From positions 189,690-253,689 of the forward strand of contig DATLDE010000005.1 of NCBI GenBank assembly GCA_035526025.1: a stretch of 64,000 nucleotides of DNA, read 5' to 3'. How positions within the stretch are numbered: the first letter of the stretch is position 1; every line of letters starts with the position of its first letter. The notes beneath the pieces are model-generated. The model saw only the letters and a list, made by a program, of their open reading frames with translations, had not been told where the DNA came from and did no database searches. This document shows positions 1-9,839 of the stretch, one piece after another. Source of the DNA: Candidatus Limnocylindrales bacterium. Its GTDB lineage: Bacteria > Patescibacteriota > Microgenomatia > Levybacterales > UBA12049. A program made the position numbers and the translations under genes.

Positions 1-825
1 TGATACATATCCAGCAGGCACTGCAAAAACAGTTTGGGTGATGTTGTAGGTCACATATGCAAGAACTACATAGGTTGCGCTTAATCCCAAATTTTTTGCC
101 TGTAATAAAATAAAAACATCAGAACTATTTCCGGCTGCAAAAATAAAGCTACCTATAAAAAAAATCTTTAAACGAATATCCATCATTTTTATATTTATTT
201 TTACAAATTTCCGCTCAGGAGCCTTCACAAGCTGCTTCTTATCTTTTACAAAAATGATAATAAGAAGAATCGCGATTACTCCTGGAATAAATGCCAAAAA
301 AAATGCTTGACGGATATTATCATGAAGTAAATATAAAACCAATAACGCTATAAGTGGACCAAATACTGCTCCCAGACTGTCAAAAGCCCGATGAAATCCA
401 AAAATATATCCTTTATTAACCGGGGTTGTTTGCTCAAGTAATAAACTATCTCGGGGAGCAGTACGAAGTCCCTTTCCCAATCTGTCAATTATTCTGGCAA
501 AAAGCACCATCTGCCAACCAAATGCAAGACCTATCAAAAGCTTGGACACAGCTCCAAATGAGTATCCCAAAGTAACAAATATTTTTCTTTTTTTATAATA
601 ATCAGAAAATGTTCCGAAGAAATATTTTGCAATACTTGCTATTGCTTCAGCAATCCCCTCAATAAATCCAATGATGGGAATAGATGTATGGAGCACAGAG
701 GTCATAAAAATAGGTACAAGGGGATAAATCATTTCACTTGCTAGATCATTAAAAAAACTTACCAATCCCAAAATAACAACTGGGAATGGAATTTTTCTGG
801 ACTTATCACTTGAGAGAAATCGCAT
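1..825 (-). CDS. MFS-family transporter, partial (N-terminus at 825; 3' end runs off the window start)
   Basis: Hand translation of the reverse strand from ATG at 825-823 gives MRFLSSDKSRKIPFPVVILG...LVPIFMTSVLHTSIPIIGFI...ARIIDRLGKGLRTAPRDSLL. It is multi-TM with an MFS motif-A-like G-x-x-x-D-R-x-G-[RK] loop. It is absent from the ORF track, presumably because it is truncated by the window edge. Confidence 0.6.
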   Translation of the reverse strand, partial: MRFLSSDKSRKIPFPVVILGLVSFFNDLASEMIYPLVPIFMTSVLHTSIPIIGFIEGIAEAIASIAKYFFGTFSDYYKKRKIFVTLGYSFGAVSKLLIGLAFGWQMVLFARIIDRLGKGLRTAPRDSLLLEQTTPVNKGYIFGFHRAFDSLGAVFGPLIALLVLYLLHDNIRQAFFLAFIPGVIAILLIIIFVKDKKQLVKAPERKFVKINIKMMDIRLKIFFIGSFIFAAGNSSDVFILLQAKNLGLSATYVVLAYVTYNITQTVFAVPAGYVS

Positions 826-950
826 TGTAACATTATAGCAAAATTATTATGATTCCAGGCTAAATTGGACACAAAATTTCAAAACCAACAGGAGTTAGAA
901 CATTTCAATTTTTTGGATTTTCTAGAAAAAATAACTGATACGAAATTAGT

Positions 951-1316
951 TTATCTAAAAAATTTGAGGATATGTGGAAGAAATATAAGCACCCCTATAA
1001 CAACTGAGCCTGTTGCTACTATCAATACCATTCCGGATGCTACATCTTTTGCAATTTTTGCATCCATTCTATGCTCTTTTGTTACCAGGTCGGTTACTTT
1101 TTCAATTGATGTATTAAGCATTTCTGTGGTAATCACTAGTAAAATAGTAAGCCCTAGTATAGCCATTTCAAATGAACTAACGCCCAAAACAATACTTGCT
1201 ATTATCACAAGGAATGCGACAATAAAGTGAATCACGAGATTCTGATCACTATTTAAAGCATAATCAATGCCCGTCACCGCATAATGAAATGATTTTCTAA
1301 ATTTCTTAAAATCCAT
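951..1316 (-). CDS. dgkA: diacylglycerol / undecaprenol kinase (DgkA family)
   Basis: 121 aa with 3 TM segments. The conserved DgkA motif is E-x-LNTSIE-x-V-x-D. Size and topology match the prokaryotic DAGK family. Confidence 0.8.
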   Translation of the reverse strand: MDFKKFRKSFHYAVTGIDYALNSDQNLVIHFIVAFLVIIASIVLGVSSFEMAILGLTILLVITTEMLNTSIEKVTDLVTKEHRMDAKIAKDVASGMVLIVATGSVVIGVLIFLPHILKFFR

Positions 1317-1325
1317 TTTTTCTAT

Positions 1326-1910
1326 CTATATAAAATATTTTAAAACCCAGTATATTCCCAATGATATCAGAGTACCAAAAGATCCACCAGTTACTATTTC
1401 TCTTGGAGTGTGTCTCTTGAGACTAATCCTTGCTTGTCCCAATAAAGGTAGAAGCAAAAACAATATTAGAAAATCACCTCCATATCCGAGTACAATTCCA
1501 ACTAAAAACCCGGTAAAAGTTGCCATATGGATACTAGCTTTAATTTTAGTATTTACAATACTCAAAATAATTATTCCAACAGTTATTCCTGTAGCTATTA
1601 CTTTCAATGCTATTGGAGAACGGAAAACATACAATCCTGCTATATAAAATACTGCGAGTATCATAGCAAAACCAAAAATAATTGGACGCTGATCACGTCT
1701 TGAGACATCAAAATCTGTAAATATTCCTTTTTTAACTGCATAAAAAGTAAAGCCAGCTAAAACCATTAAGAACATCACAGAGTATCCAGTCCACCATAGT
1801 CCTTGGTACACACTATTTGTAGATTTATATACCAGAAAAAATGGTATGAAAAAAAGAATAAGTAGTGGATTAAATATAAAAGAAATAACACTCGCCAATT
1901 TTAAATTCAT
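1326..1910 (-). CDS. PAP2-superfamily membrane phosphatase (BcrC/UppP-like undecaprenyl-diphosphatase candidate)
   Basis: 194 aa, polytopic. PAP2 motif 1 is K-x6-RRDQRP. Motif 3 is ARISLKRHTPRE, matching SR-x5-H-x3-D/E. It lies immediately downstream of dgkA. Confidence 0.6.
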   Translation of the reverse strand: MNLKLASVISFIFNPLLILFFIPFFLVYKSTNSVYQGLWWTGYSVMFLMVLAGFTFYAVKKGIFTDFDVSRRDQRPIIFGFAMILAVFYIAGLYVFRSPIALKVIATGITVGIIILSIVNTKIKASIHMATFTGFLVGIVLGYGGDFLILFLLLPLLGQARISLKRHTPREIVTGGSFGTLISLGIYWVLKYFI

Positions 1911-3289
1911 AGTTTATTGATTTTCTCAAGTCTTTTTAAAGATTTTTCTTTACTGTATATCTCAAGCGCTTCAGGCAGCGGCAATCCACGAGTACGACCT
2001 GTCATCAATTTATAAAATACCGGCATACGCACTTTTTGATGAAGCATTATTTCCTTAATAACTTTAAAAATATTTTCATGCGACCATTCTTTAACTGTCC
2101 TAAATCCTGTGACCAGTTCTGGAATTATTGATTTTTCGGTATCGTCAAATTCCACCACTTCAAATTTATCAAAAAACATTTCTGTTAACGGCTCGAAATC
2201 ACTGAGTGTTTCCATACGTGATTTAAGCAATGGAATAAGATTTCTTAATGTCTCCTCGGGCAATTTTGCAGCATTTGGATTAAAATCCAAAATCAACTTC
2301 TCCAGCTCTTCATCTGTCGAATTTTGAATATACTGCTGATTCATCCATCTCAATTTAACAAGATCAAATATCGGAGCAACAGGACGGATATCTTTTAGAT
2401 CAAATAATTTTATGAATTCATCAAGAGAAAAAATCTCTTTCTCTTCCGGATGACTCCACCCAAGCAAAGCTAAAAAATTTAGAATTGCAACTGGCAAAAA
2501 GCCTTGTTCTTTAAACCACAAGACACTTGTATGCCCATGACGCTTTGACAACTTTGATTTATCAGGATTTCTCAGCGTTGCTGTATGGTAAATAGGTGGC
2601 ATTTCCCAATTGAAATATCTGTAAAGCAAAACGTGTTTGGGAGTTGAAGATAGCCATTCTTCAGCCCTTACGATATGAGAAATTTTCATAAGTTGATCAT
2701 CAACTACTACTGCCAGATGATAAGTTGGAAATCCATCTGATTTTATCAATACCTGTTCAGTTACCTCGCTTGTGTCAAATGTTATCTCACCCCGAATTTC
2801 ATCTTTAAAAGTTATCTTTTCATTTTTTGGAACTTTAAGCCTGACCACCCAGTCACCTCTCTCAATCATTTCTTTAAGGCTGGCAGGTCGATCCTGATCA
2901 GTTAAATCTGTTGATTTCTGATTTTTTTCACTCGTGTATATTTTTTTCTGACCTGCATCCTTTTTGGGAAAATAACTATAAAATGCATAGCCTTTTTCTA
3001 ACAATTCGGCGGCATATTTGTGATAAATTTCCAAGCGCTCTGACTGCCTGTAAGGATTATACTCTCCCCCACTCAAGGGACCTTCATCAGCAGTAAGACC
3101 GAACCACTTTAACGAATCAAAGATCACCTCTTCAGAGCCTTCAACAAACCTATTCCGGTCGGTATCTTCTATCCGTAGAATGAATCTACCTTTATGCTTT
3201 TTTGCAAATGCGTAGTTAAATAATGCCTGATAGATTGTGCCTATGTGTGGATAACCTGTAGGGCTTGCTGCCAAACGTGTTCTTACCAT
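1907..3289 (-). CDS. gltX: glutamyl-tRNA synthetase
   Basis: N-terminal RLAASPTGYPHIGT (HIGH motif) and KLSKRHG (KMSKS-type). It aligns closely with bacterial GluRS along its full 460 aa. Confidence 0.9.
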   Translation of the reverse strand: MVRTRLAASPTGYPHIGTIYQALFNYAFAKKHKGRFILRIEDTDRNRFVEGSEEVIFDSLKWFGLTADEGPLSGGEYNPYRQSERLEIYHKYAAELLEKGYAFYSYFPKKDAGQKKIYTSEKNQKSTDLTDQDRPASLKEMIERGDWVVRLKVPKNEKITFKDEIRGEITFDTSEVTEQVLIKSDGFPTYHLAVVVDDQLMKISHIVRAEEWLSSTPKHVLLYRYFNWEMPPIYHTATLRNPDKSKLSKRHGHTSVLWFKEQGFLPVAILNFLALLGWSHPEEKEIFSLDEFIKLFDLKDIRPVAPIFDLVKLRWMNQQYIQNSTDEELEKLILDFNPNAAKLPEETLRNLIPLLKSRMETLSDFEPLTEMFFDKFEVVEFDDTEKSIIPELVTGFRTVKEWSHENIFKVIKEIMLHQKVRMPVFYKLMTGRTRGLPLPEALEIYSKEKSLKRLEKINKL

Positions 3290-3327
3290 GTCTTGATTGT
3301 ACTTTATAATTTACCTATACTCAATAT

Positions 3328-4467
3328 ATGTCCCTACATAAAGCAACGGAGTTTATTAAAAAATTTGGAATTGGTGTTGGTATAGGTTTGGGTGTTATCT
3401 TGGTGGTAACTATATTTATCAGAATCGGAATCTTTGTTGTCAGCATTATCGTACCTCCTAAAATTACACCACCAAACCAAGCGCTAGGCCCCATTCCAGC
3501 AATAGAATTCCCTAAAAGCAAAATTGAAAACAGCTTCACCTATTCCCTAAATACCGTTTCCGGTACTCTACCGTCTGACTTTCCTGATAGATTAATTGTA
3601 TATCCGCTAGCCGAACCGGAACCAAATTTCCTGAATTTAGACAAAGCAAAGGAGAAAGCAAAAGCGTTGGATTTCATCGATCAGCAAGGTAAAGCAACAC
3701 CAGAAGTTGACCTAGGAGATGGAAATTATGAATGGACTGATGCTAAAGAACTTGTCAGAAAACTAAAAATTGATACTGTTTCATTTAACTTTTCGCTTAC
3801 ATCAAACTATCTTGCTCAATTAACTGTTCTAGGGGCGCAAAACTTGCCGGATGAAGCAACTGCTATTGAAGTAGTAAGCGAATTTTTAAAAAGCATGGAA
3901 TTACTTTATGAAGATATTGACTTCAAAAAAATAGAGTCGCCATCAAAAGAATCTAGCTATGATATATATCCTAAAGTTTTTACAATAAGAAATGGCGTGC
4001 TTGTGCCTACCACAAGTCTTTCTACTGCGAAAGTAGTTAGAGTAGATTTACACCAAAAAGATATTGAATACGACCTTGATACAGGGAGAAAAAATGCGCC
4101 AAAAATAAAAATGACGCTTCCAATCAGATACCCAAATCCGCCTTTTTCTACAATGAGCTTTTGGGTTGCTTCAGGCGAAACAAATCCTGAAGTATTTGCA
4201 GCTAATTTTATTCACTATGAAATACTTACCAAATCCGAACCGTTGGCAACATATCCATTAAAAAACCCAGAGGTAGCTTTCGAGGAGCTTAAAAATAGCA
4301 AAGCATACGTTGCTTCATATTCAGGACTTGAACAACAAATACAAATTAACAAAGTCTATCTTGCATATTATCTTGGGGAACATAAACAATCACATCTCAT
4401 ACCTATATATGTTTTCGAAGGACAAGATGGATTCCTGGCATACGTCTCAGCGATCCGGAATGAGTAA
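3328..4467 (+). CDS. hypothetical membrane-anchored protein (N-terminal TM, about 330-aa extracytoplasmic domain)
   Basis: Long ORF with one N-terminal hydrophobic segment. I recognise no motif. Confidence 0.5.
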   Translation: MSLHKATEFIKKFGIGVGIGLGVILVVTIFIRIGIFVVSIIVPPKITPPNQALGPIPAIEFPKSKIENSFTYSLNTVSGTLPSDFPDRLIVYPLAEPEPNFLNLDKAKEKAKALDFIDQQGKATPEVDLGDGNYEWTDAKELVRKLKIDTVSFNFSLTSNYLAQLTVLGAQNLPDEATAIEVVSEFLKSMELLYEDIDFKKIESPSKESSYDIYPKVFTIRNGVLVPTTSLSTAKVVRVDLHQKDIEYDLDTGRKNAPKIKMTLPIRYPNPPFSTMSFWVASGETNPEVFAANFIHYEILTKSEPLATYPLKNPEVAFEELKNSKAYVASYSGLEQQIQINKVYLAYYLGEHKQSHLIPIYVFEGQDGFLAYVSAIRNE

Positions 4468-4480
4468 TAAAAAATGAAGT

Positions 4481-5536
4481 TTAGCGTTCTGTATATTTAA
4501 TTTCTTCATGTCTGACATTTTGAGAAACAAAAGATAGCAAAGCCCTTGTATCTGAGAATCTATCCTGGCTATTCATAACTACGATTATGAATTTATGCCC
4601 TTTCTGTATAGCGGAAGTGACAAGAACTTCTCCTGCCCCCTCAGTGGTTCCTGTTTTTATTCCATTCACTCCATTTGTACCCAATAACCTATTTAGGTTA
4701 ACTAATGAATATTGCTTTGAATTATTTTGATTTGCTATTGATTTTTGAGTTGTTCCGACCACTTCTGATATTTTCTTGTTTTCCATTGCAAATGCTCCCA
4801 GGACTGCAAGATCATTAACGGTCGTGAAATTCCCATCATCATCAAGCCCTGTCGGATCAGAGAATAAGGTATTATCCAGATGTAGGCTTTTAGCTTTGTC
4901 ATTCATTTTCTTAATAAATGCTGTTTTTCCACCCGGATAATTATCAACTATTGCGACAGCAGCATCATTGGCAGAAGGAAGTAGCATCGCAAATAGTAAA
5001 TCTTCAAAGATTAATTTTTCTCCAACACTCAATCCCATTGTTGATCCTGGAATTCCTCTTGATTTTACGGTCAATACGGAGCGTAGCTCATAAGCTTCAA
5101 GCGCAACTAAAGCTGTCATTATTTTGGTGGTTGATGCCATAGAAAATCTAAGGTTGGGATTTTTTGAAAAAACAATTGATCCACTATCAACATCCAGCAC
5201 AACTGCAGCTTTGGCGGAAAGATATGGAACATAAGCCATGTCAACTACGGGAAAAGGCTGCATTTTTAAACTCTGAGAATTTGTTAACTTATTCAGTTGA
5301 ATACTTTTTGATAAATGATTGTTAAGATAAAACAAAGTGAAGTAAATAATAATCAAAATAAATGGAATTAAAAAGAACAACAATATTGACTCGCGCTCAT
5401 TAACTTTTTTGAAAAATGAATATTTACTTGACGATACTTTAGGGGCTGAGACAGCTTTTTCCTTAAGCTTCTTTGGAGTTTCTTTACTTTTTTTGAATAA
5501 TCTTTTCTTTTTCTTCTGTAATTGAGAATCTTTCAT
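4481..5536 (-). CDS. dacA: D-alanyl-D-alanine carboxypeptidase (serine-type, peptidase S11, PBP5-like)
   Basis: SMASTTK (SxxK), LPSAND (SxN) and KTGTT (KTG) active-site motifs, with an N-terminal TM anchor. The first about 17 codons overlap the aspS 3' end, so the true start may lie further downstream. Confidence 0.85.
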   Translation of the reverse strand: MKDSQLQKKKKRLFKKSKETPKKLKEKAVSAPKVSSSKYSFFKKVNERESILLFFLIPFILIIIYFTLFYLNNHLSKSIQLNKLTNSQSLKMQPFPVVDMAYVPYLSAKAAVVLDVDSGSIVFSKNPNLRFSMASTTKIMTALVALEAYELRSVLTVKSRGIPGSTMGLSVGEKLIFEDLLFAMLLPSANDAAVAIVDNYPGGKTAFIKKMNDKAKSLHLDNTLFSDPTGLDDDGNFTTVNDLAVLGAFAMENKKISEVVGTTQKSIANQNNSKQYSLVNLNRLLGTNGVNGIKTGTTEGAGEVLVTSAIQKGHKFIIVVMNSQDRFSDTRALLSFVSQNVRHEEIKYTER

Positions 5537-6860
5537 CTACGCGCTCCATATCTCTTGGGAAAAGAGAGGCTTCCCTGACATTTCCTAATTCTAACAGTTT
5601 CATCGTGATTCTCTCAAGACCAAAAGAGAATCCGCCTTCAGGAGGCATGGCATATTTGAATGCCTGCATGTACATGCCAAAATTCTCAGGACTGACATCT
5701 TTGGCTTTCATAGCTTTTACTAATTGATCATAATTATTAATACGTCTTGCACCGCTTAATATCTCAGCTCCTTTAAATAAAAGGTCATATGACAAGCTAT
5801 ATTCAGGCTCAGCAGGATCTGGGAAGGTATAAAATGCACGCTTTTTAGTCGGATAATGAGTAATTGTTACAAAATCTGACTTATGCGTTTCGACTGCCCA
5901 CTGACAAATTTCCCGCTCGTCCTCTGGATTTAGATCAAGCTCTTTTGATAAATCACGACCTGTCCGTTTAGTTACGATTTTTTGTGCCTCTCTCATTTTT
6001 AATCGTGGAATTTTATGCGGAACTAAAGGTAGCTCAACACCAAAATTTTCCAAAATGTCACTTTGCTTTTCTGAAATTCCTTTTATCATCGATGTTCCGA
6101 CAAATTCAACTGCGTCTAGCAACTCTTCAAAGCTTTCAATAAAAGCCATTTCTACATCCATCATAACTACTTCTGAGAGGTGCCTTGTAGTTACTGATGG
6201 CTCAGCACGATATGCTTTAGTGATTACAAATACCCGTTCAAAAACACTGACCATAATCTGCTTATATAACTGTGGGCTTTGGATCATAAATGCCTCATGT
6301 CCGTAATAATCAACCTTAAATACATCCGCCCCTCCTTCAGTTGCACCGGCTGCAATCGTCGGGACAATTACCTCAATACAATCCAGCTTCTTGGCAGCTT
6401 TTCTGAATTCCTCAATCAGCGCTGCTTGAACAACAAAGATTTTTTTAACTTTATCGTGCCTTAATGTAAGTGATCTGTGGTCAAGAAGCGTCGGGAGCTC
6501 TAAATTCAATTCTTCCCCTCCCATGTCAAAAGGGAGAGTATCTGCCTCTGCCAATATTTCAATATCAGTTGCTTCGAGCTCAACAGTTCCACTTGCAAGC
6601 TTTGGATTTATGAGCTTTTCAGGACGCAATTTAATTTTCCCTTTTATGGATACTGCAAATTCGGGGCGAAGCGCAGTAGCCACTTCATAAGCTTTTTCCG
6701 AAACTCTGGGATTAAAGATAACCTGAATCAGCCCTGAGCGATCTCTAAGATCTATGAACAATAACTTCCCATGATCACGTCGGGATTGGACGAAACCTTT
6801 TATCAATACTTCATTCCCAGCCTCATTTGGAGTATCTTTTGTGAGAGTTCTTTTTAACAT
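5484..6860 (-). CDS. aspS: aspartyl-tRNA synthetase, archaeal/eukaryotic type (likely non-discriminating)
   Basis: Class IIb motifs QSPQLYKQIM, FRAE..TTRHL, EMAFIE and GGFSFGLERITM..REASLFPRD. These match archaeal-type AspRS of about 440 aa closely. It has an N-terminal OB-fold anticodon-binding region. Confidence 0.85.
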   Translation of the reverse strand: MLKRTLTKDTPNEAGNEVLIKGFVQSRRDHGKLLFIDLRDRSGLIQVIFNPRVSEKAYEVATALRPEFAVSIKGKIKLRPEKLINPKLASGTVELEATDIEILAEADTLPFDMGGEELNLELPTLLDHRSLTLRHDKVKKIFVVQAALIEEFRKAAKKLDCIEVIVPTIAAGATEGGADVFKVDYYGHEAFMIQSPQLYKQIMVSVFERVFVITKAYRAEPSVTTRHLSEVVMMDVEMAFIESFEELLDAVEFVGTSMIKGISEKQSDILENFGVELPLVPHKIPRLKMREAQKIVTKRTGRDLSKELDLNPEDEREICQWAVETHKSDFVTITHYPTKKRAFYTFPDPAEPEYSLSYDLLFKGAEILSGARRINNYDQLVKAMKAKDVSPENFGMYMQAFKYAMPPEGGFSFGLERITMKLLELGNVREASLFPRDMERVDERFSITEEKEKIIQKK

Positions 6861-6895
6861 TTTACCCTCGTATCATATCATTTTAGGATGACATT

Positions 6896-9214
6896 TTACA
6901 ACTCACTTTTTTTGTTCCTTGCCTTTTTGGATAATACATGTTTCCCGCGCATCCTTCTTGCGATTCGCGGATAAATACTACCGGGGTAAAGCCTCTCATA
7001 AAGTGAAGGCTGCGTAGGATGTTTATCGCTTCGGCTTAATATCCGTTCTCCTTTGTAAGTTCCATCGTAATCATCATTCAGCTTCTCCGCAAAACCCCAA
7101 TAATTTGCTTTTGACAATTTTCTAACAGGGTCTGACTTGCTTGACTCAAATGGATATATACATACTTCCAGAACCTGACTTTTCCCTCCTGCATTTTCCA
7201 TACGAAGTATAAATTTTTCACGGATTATCGCATCACCTTTTGATCCTGCTCTTTTCCCTCCCTTATCCCCAACATCATAAACTGTATCTGCATCCATTCC
7301 GTTCCAATATCTTTGTGCTTCGTCAATCACTCCTCTTTTGTGCGTTTCCTCAACAATAGATACATTCCATCCTGACTCTGCCATTTCCTCCCTTACATGA
7401 GTAATTAGTCCATCTCTGAATGCTTCAGCTATTCTTAATCTTTCGTTAAAAGGGTCCCGGCTTCCTTTAAAATTATCATCTGCAAGGACAAAGTTTATGC
7501 TAAATATATCACGTACGTGTGGATCAAGAAATCTCTTCCTAGCGATTGATTCAACAGTTTTCTTTGGCCTCTCATCAACAATAATATGGAGCTCCCGACC
7601 ATCAATTAGCATTCCTGTTTTTCTGTGGTACACAGGCTGCTCCCTGCCATTTCCTAAATCAAGATATTCCGTCATAGGCGGGAACTGAAAAAAAGAATCA
7701 AGCGAACCCTGAAAAAGGCTGATATCCGCTTCTCTTCGAAGCTTGGCGGCCTCTACTTCTGTGATAAAAACAGCGAAATCCCTTATTGCTTCAACACGCA
7801 ATCTCTGCAAGATACTTTGACTCTCATCACCAATTTGTCTGTTTGGATGCATACCCAGGGCATAAATCATTTTTGTAAAAAGCAGCGAATTGGAAATTTC
7901 ATTCATAGGCCGATGCTCCTGAAACATATCGACTTCTACATTGCGTGTTTCGTTCGTAATGTAATCATGCCAATTTTCAACAGCCTGCAAGGCACTTTCA
8001 ACATCTTCAATTATTATTTTACCATTGCTGCTGCTTGTTATTCCTTCAATTGTTACCTCATTTGCTTTATTGATCAATGCAACACGCTCACCAAGAGGTA
8101 GCTCCAAAAACTGCGGCCAAACACTCCTCAACTCCTCTTCGCGACACCCACCACGAGATATTATTGCCTCAGGCTCAGGGTCCTGAAATCTGGAAATAAT
8201 GACTTCCGCTCCCTTTGAAAATCCATTTGTCAGTAGCTGTACTGCGCGCCTGCCCTCTTTATTGGGAATAGAATACAAGAGATCTGATAATTCTTCTGCA
8301 GGAAGCTCAGTTGCTAGATATGGAGGTATCTTCAGCAAACCATCCAGCTGATGCGGACCAGTATCTAGCTCATTTCTTTTTTCATCACCCAGTGCAAGAC
8401 GCATCTGCGCACCGACAAATCCCCTTGCCACTTCCTCAGGCGTACAGAATGATAAATCCTTAACATCCGGCTCCCTCTTCATACGCCTGACTAAATTAAT
8501 TTGCAAAAGTGTTGCTTGTCTGAGTTGCTGGTCAAATGTATTTACATCTTTAATCACTTTGCCCAGAGCTTTTTTTCTTTGAATATTATTTTCTTCGTCA
8601 ATATCAACTGTCATATCTTCTATTGCAAAATGACCTGCTGCCCGCAAGGGTCTCCCATCTTTTTTCAGAAAACCATTTTCAATAAGTTCCTCAAACTCCC
8701 GGGGGGAAAAATGCAGTACTCCTCCGATTTTATCCTCTGATTTATGTCCGCTTTCTGATTCCCTTGATTCATGAGGAAATATGGATCTGGATTGCACAGG
8801 CAGAACAAACAGACTTAATTCTCTTATGGCTGGTTCTCCTAAAATTCTAAATTGATATGGATAATCTTCACCATTCTCAATGTCTTGTTGCCATCTTAAT
8901 TTGGTTAAATTTTCTGCCATGGATGTTGCTGTTACCTCCTCACCCACTTCTCTTAAAGCTCCTTTTATCTTGTCTTCTGTTTTGGGATCCCATGCTCCTC
9001 CCACAGCCATAACCTGTCCGGCACTGAGAATACTCTCTTCGCTTTTTTGAATAAGCATTACCTCAGTAAAAGGGATGTTTTTTACAGGAATACCACTCCT
9101 TAGGAGTCCTAATATTTCTGGTACTGGAATTGGGGCAACCAGCACAGCACGTGCAATCCTTACTGGCTCTTTATCAGCTTGTGTATCAATGCTCCTTGGC
9201 GCCTCGATTGACAT
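6896..9214 (-). CDS. large hypothetical protein, 772 aa, no recognised domain, compositionally atypical
   Basis: Uninterrupted ORF rich in R/E/G. Local GC is about 44% on a hand-counted 120-nt sample versus about 30-33% in the flanks. I found no P-loop, HD, nucleotidyltransferase or protease motif by eye. Confidence 0.6.
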   Translation of the reverse strand: MSIEAPRSIDTQADKEPVRIARAVLVAPIPVPEILGLLRSGIPVKNIPFTEVMLIQKSEESILSAGQVMAVGGAWDPKTEDKIKGALREVGEEVTATSMAENLTKLRWQQDIENGEDYPYQFRILGEPAIRELSLFVLPVQSRSIFPHESRESESGHKSEDKIGGVLHFSPREFEELIENGFLKKDGRPLRAAGHFAIEDMTVDIDEENNIQRKKALGKVIKDVNTFDQQLRQATLLQINLVRRMKREPDVKDLSFCTPEEVARGFVGAQMRLALGDEKRNELDTGPHQLDGLLKIPPYLATELPAEELSDLLYSIPNKEGRRAVQLLTNGFSKGAEVIISRFQDPEPEAIISRGGCREEELRSVWPQFLELPLGERVALINKANEVTIEGITSSSNGKIIIEDVESALQAVENWHDYITNETRNVEVDMFQEHRPMNEISNSLLFTKMIYALGMHPNRQIGDESQSILQRLRVEAIRDFAVFITEVEAAKLRREADISLFQGSLDSFFQFPPMTEYLDLGNGREQPVYHRKTGMLIDGRELHIIVDERPKKTVESIARKRFLDPHVRDIFSINFVLADDNFKGSRDPFNERLRIAEAFRDGLITHVREEMAESGWNVSIVEETHKRGVIDEAQRYWNGMDADTVYDVGDKGGKRAGSKGDAIIREKFILRMENAGGKSQVLEVCIYPFESSKSDPVRKLSKANYWGFAEKLNDDYDGTYKGERILSRSDKHPTQPSLYERLYPGSIYPRIARRMRGKHVLSKKARNKKSEL

Positions 9215-9324
9215 GCCTGCATTTTATCACAGATCATATAAAATTACAATACTATAGGTTTGGTAACTATTTTCATTAATTTTTTTGCTAAAAGAGTTTA
9301 TGAAGCATAAGCATCTGAATACCA

Positions 9325-9352
9325 AGCGGGGTCTTTATGACCCCGCTTTTTT
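9325..9352. terminator. rho-independent terminator hairpin (AGCGGGGTC-tttat-GACCCCGCT then T6)
   Basis: Perfect 9-bp GC-rich stem, 5-nt loop and a T-run on the plus strand. It sits between the 772-aa ORF and the DUF4383 gene. Confidence 0.6.
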
Positions 9353-9371
9353 CTTAGGAGTACTCCTAAAC

Positions 9372-9746
9372 TTAAGCTTTTGCAGTTCCTGCTTTGGTTC
9401 CAAATCCAAAGTAAAGATATGCTGCTGCTATTGCTAAATGGAGGAAATTATCTGCTCCATTTACTGGAATAAGTCCCAATAGTCCATTTCCGGTTGTAAA
9501 ACCGAGAACTGTTACTAGTGCATAAACTACTCCAAAAACCTTGAAATAAGTTCGTGCTGCTGATTCACTGCTCTTTGAAGCAAAAATCGCTAGTGCACCT
9601 GTTAAGATATGGACGATATTGTGGAATGGATCAACTAGAAAAATTCCGAGAACTTTCCCATCTGGTACCAATGGAGGTACGAATCCAACTAATCCTACGA
9701 CTAGGATCACAACACCGACCCACAAAGCTGTAGATCTAACGTTCAT
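9372..9746 (-). CDS. small membrane protein, DUF4383-like
   Basis: 124 aa with 4 predicted TM helices and conserved HNIVH..G and NFLH motifs typical of DUF4383. Confidence 0.55.
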   Translation of the reverse strand: MNVRSTALWVGVVILVVGLVGFVPPLVPDGKVLGIFLVDPFHNIVHILTGALAIFASKSSESAARTYFKVFGVVYALVTVLGFTTGNGLLGLIPVNGADNFLHLAIAAAYLYFGFGTKAGTAKA

Positions 9747-9839
9747 AATATATCACCTCCTTCCATATTTATATTTAACTAAGTTAAATATACTCTGTCA
9801 ATAACTTATAATAGTTGTACTAAATGATTGATAAATAAT

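Noticed and set aside
865-1230. Plus-strand 121-aa ORF overlapping the dgkA region, plus similar antisense ORFs (1408..1647, 2109..2327, 2911..3096, 3321..3539, 4918..5142, 6055..6464, 7497..8101, 8501..8740, 9075..9257, 9619..10091, 10352..10986, 11110..11298, 12843..13292, 14374..14634, 15449..15730, 16723..16980, 18627..18827, 19281..19532, 21865..22646, 23986..24240 and others)
   Set aside because: All lie antisense to, or out of frame within, long ORFs that have clear homology. They have low-complexity composition typical of shadow ORFs in AT-rich DNA and no RBS support.
5484-5536. 53-bp overlap between the aspS 3' end and the annotated dacA start
   Set aside because: This is most likely an artefact of taking the longest ORF for dacA. 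The Lys-rich N-terminal extension (MKDSQLQKKKKRLFKK...) is dispensable and an internal start probably applies. It is not evidence of programmed overlap.
6896-9214. Assigning the 772-aa protein to GlnD/GlnE-like nucleotidyltransferases, RelA/SpoT or PEP-utilising enzymes
   Set aside because: I looked for G[GS]-x9-13-D-x-[DE], HD, and GGxxSH motifs and found none, so no family call is made.
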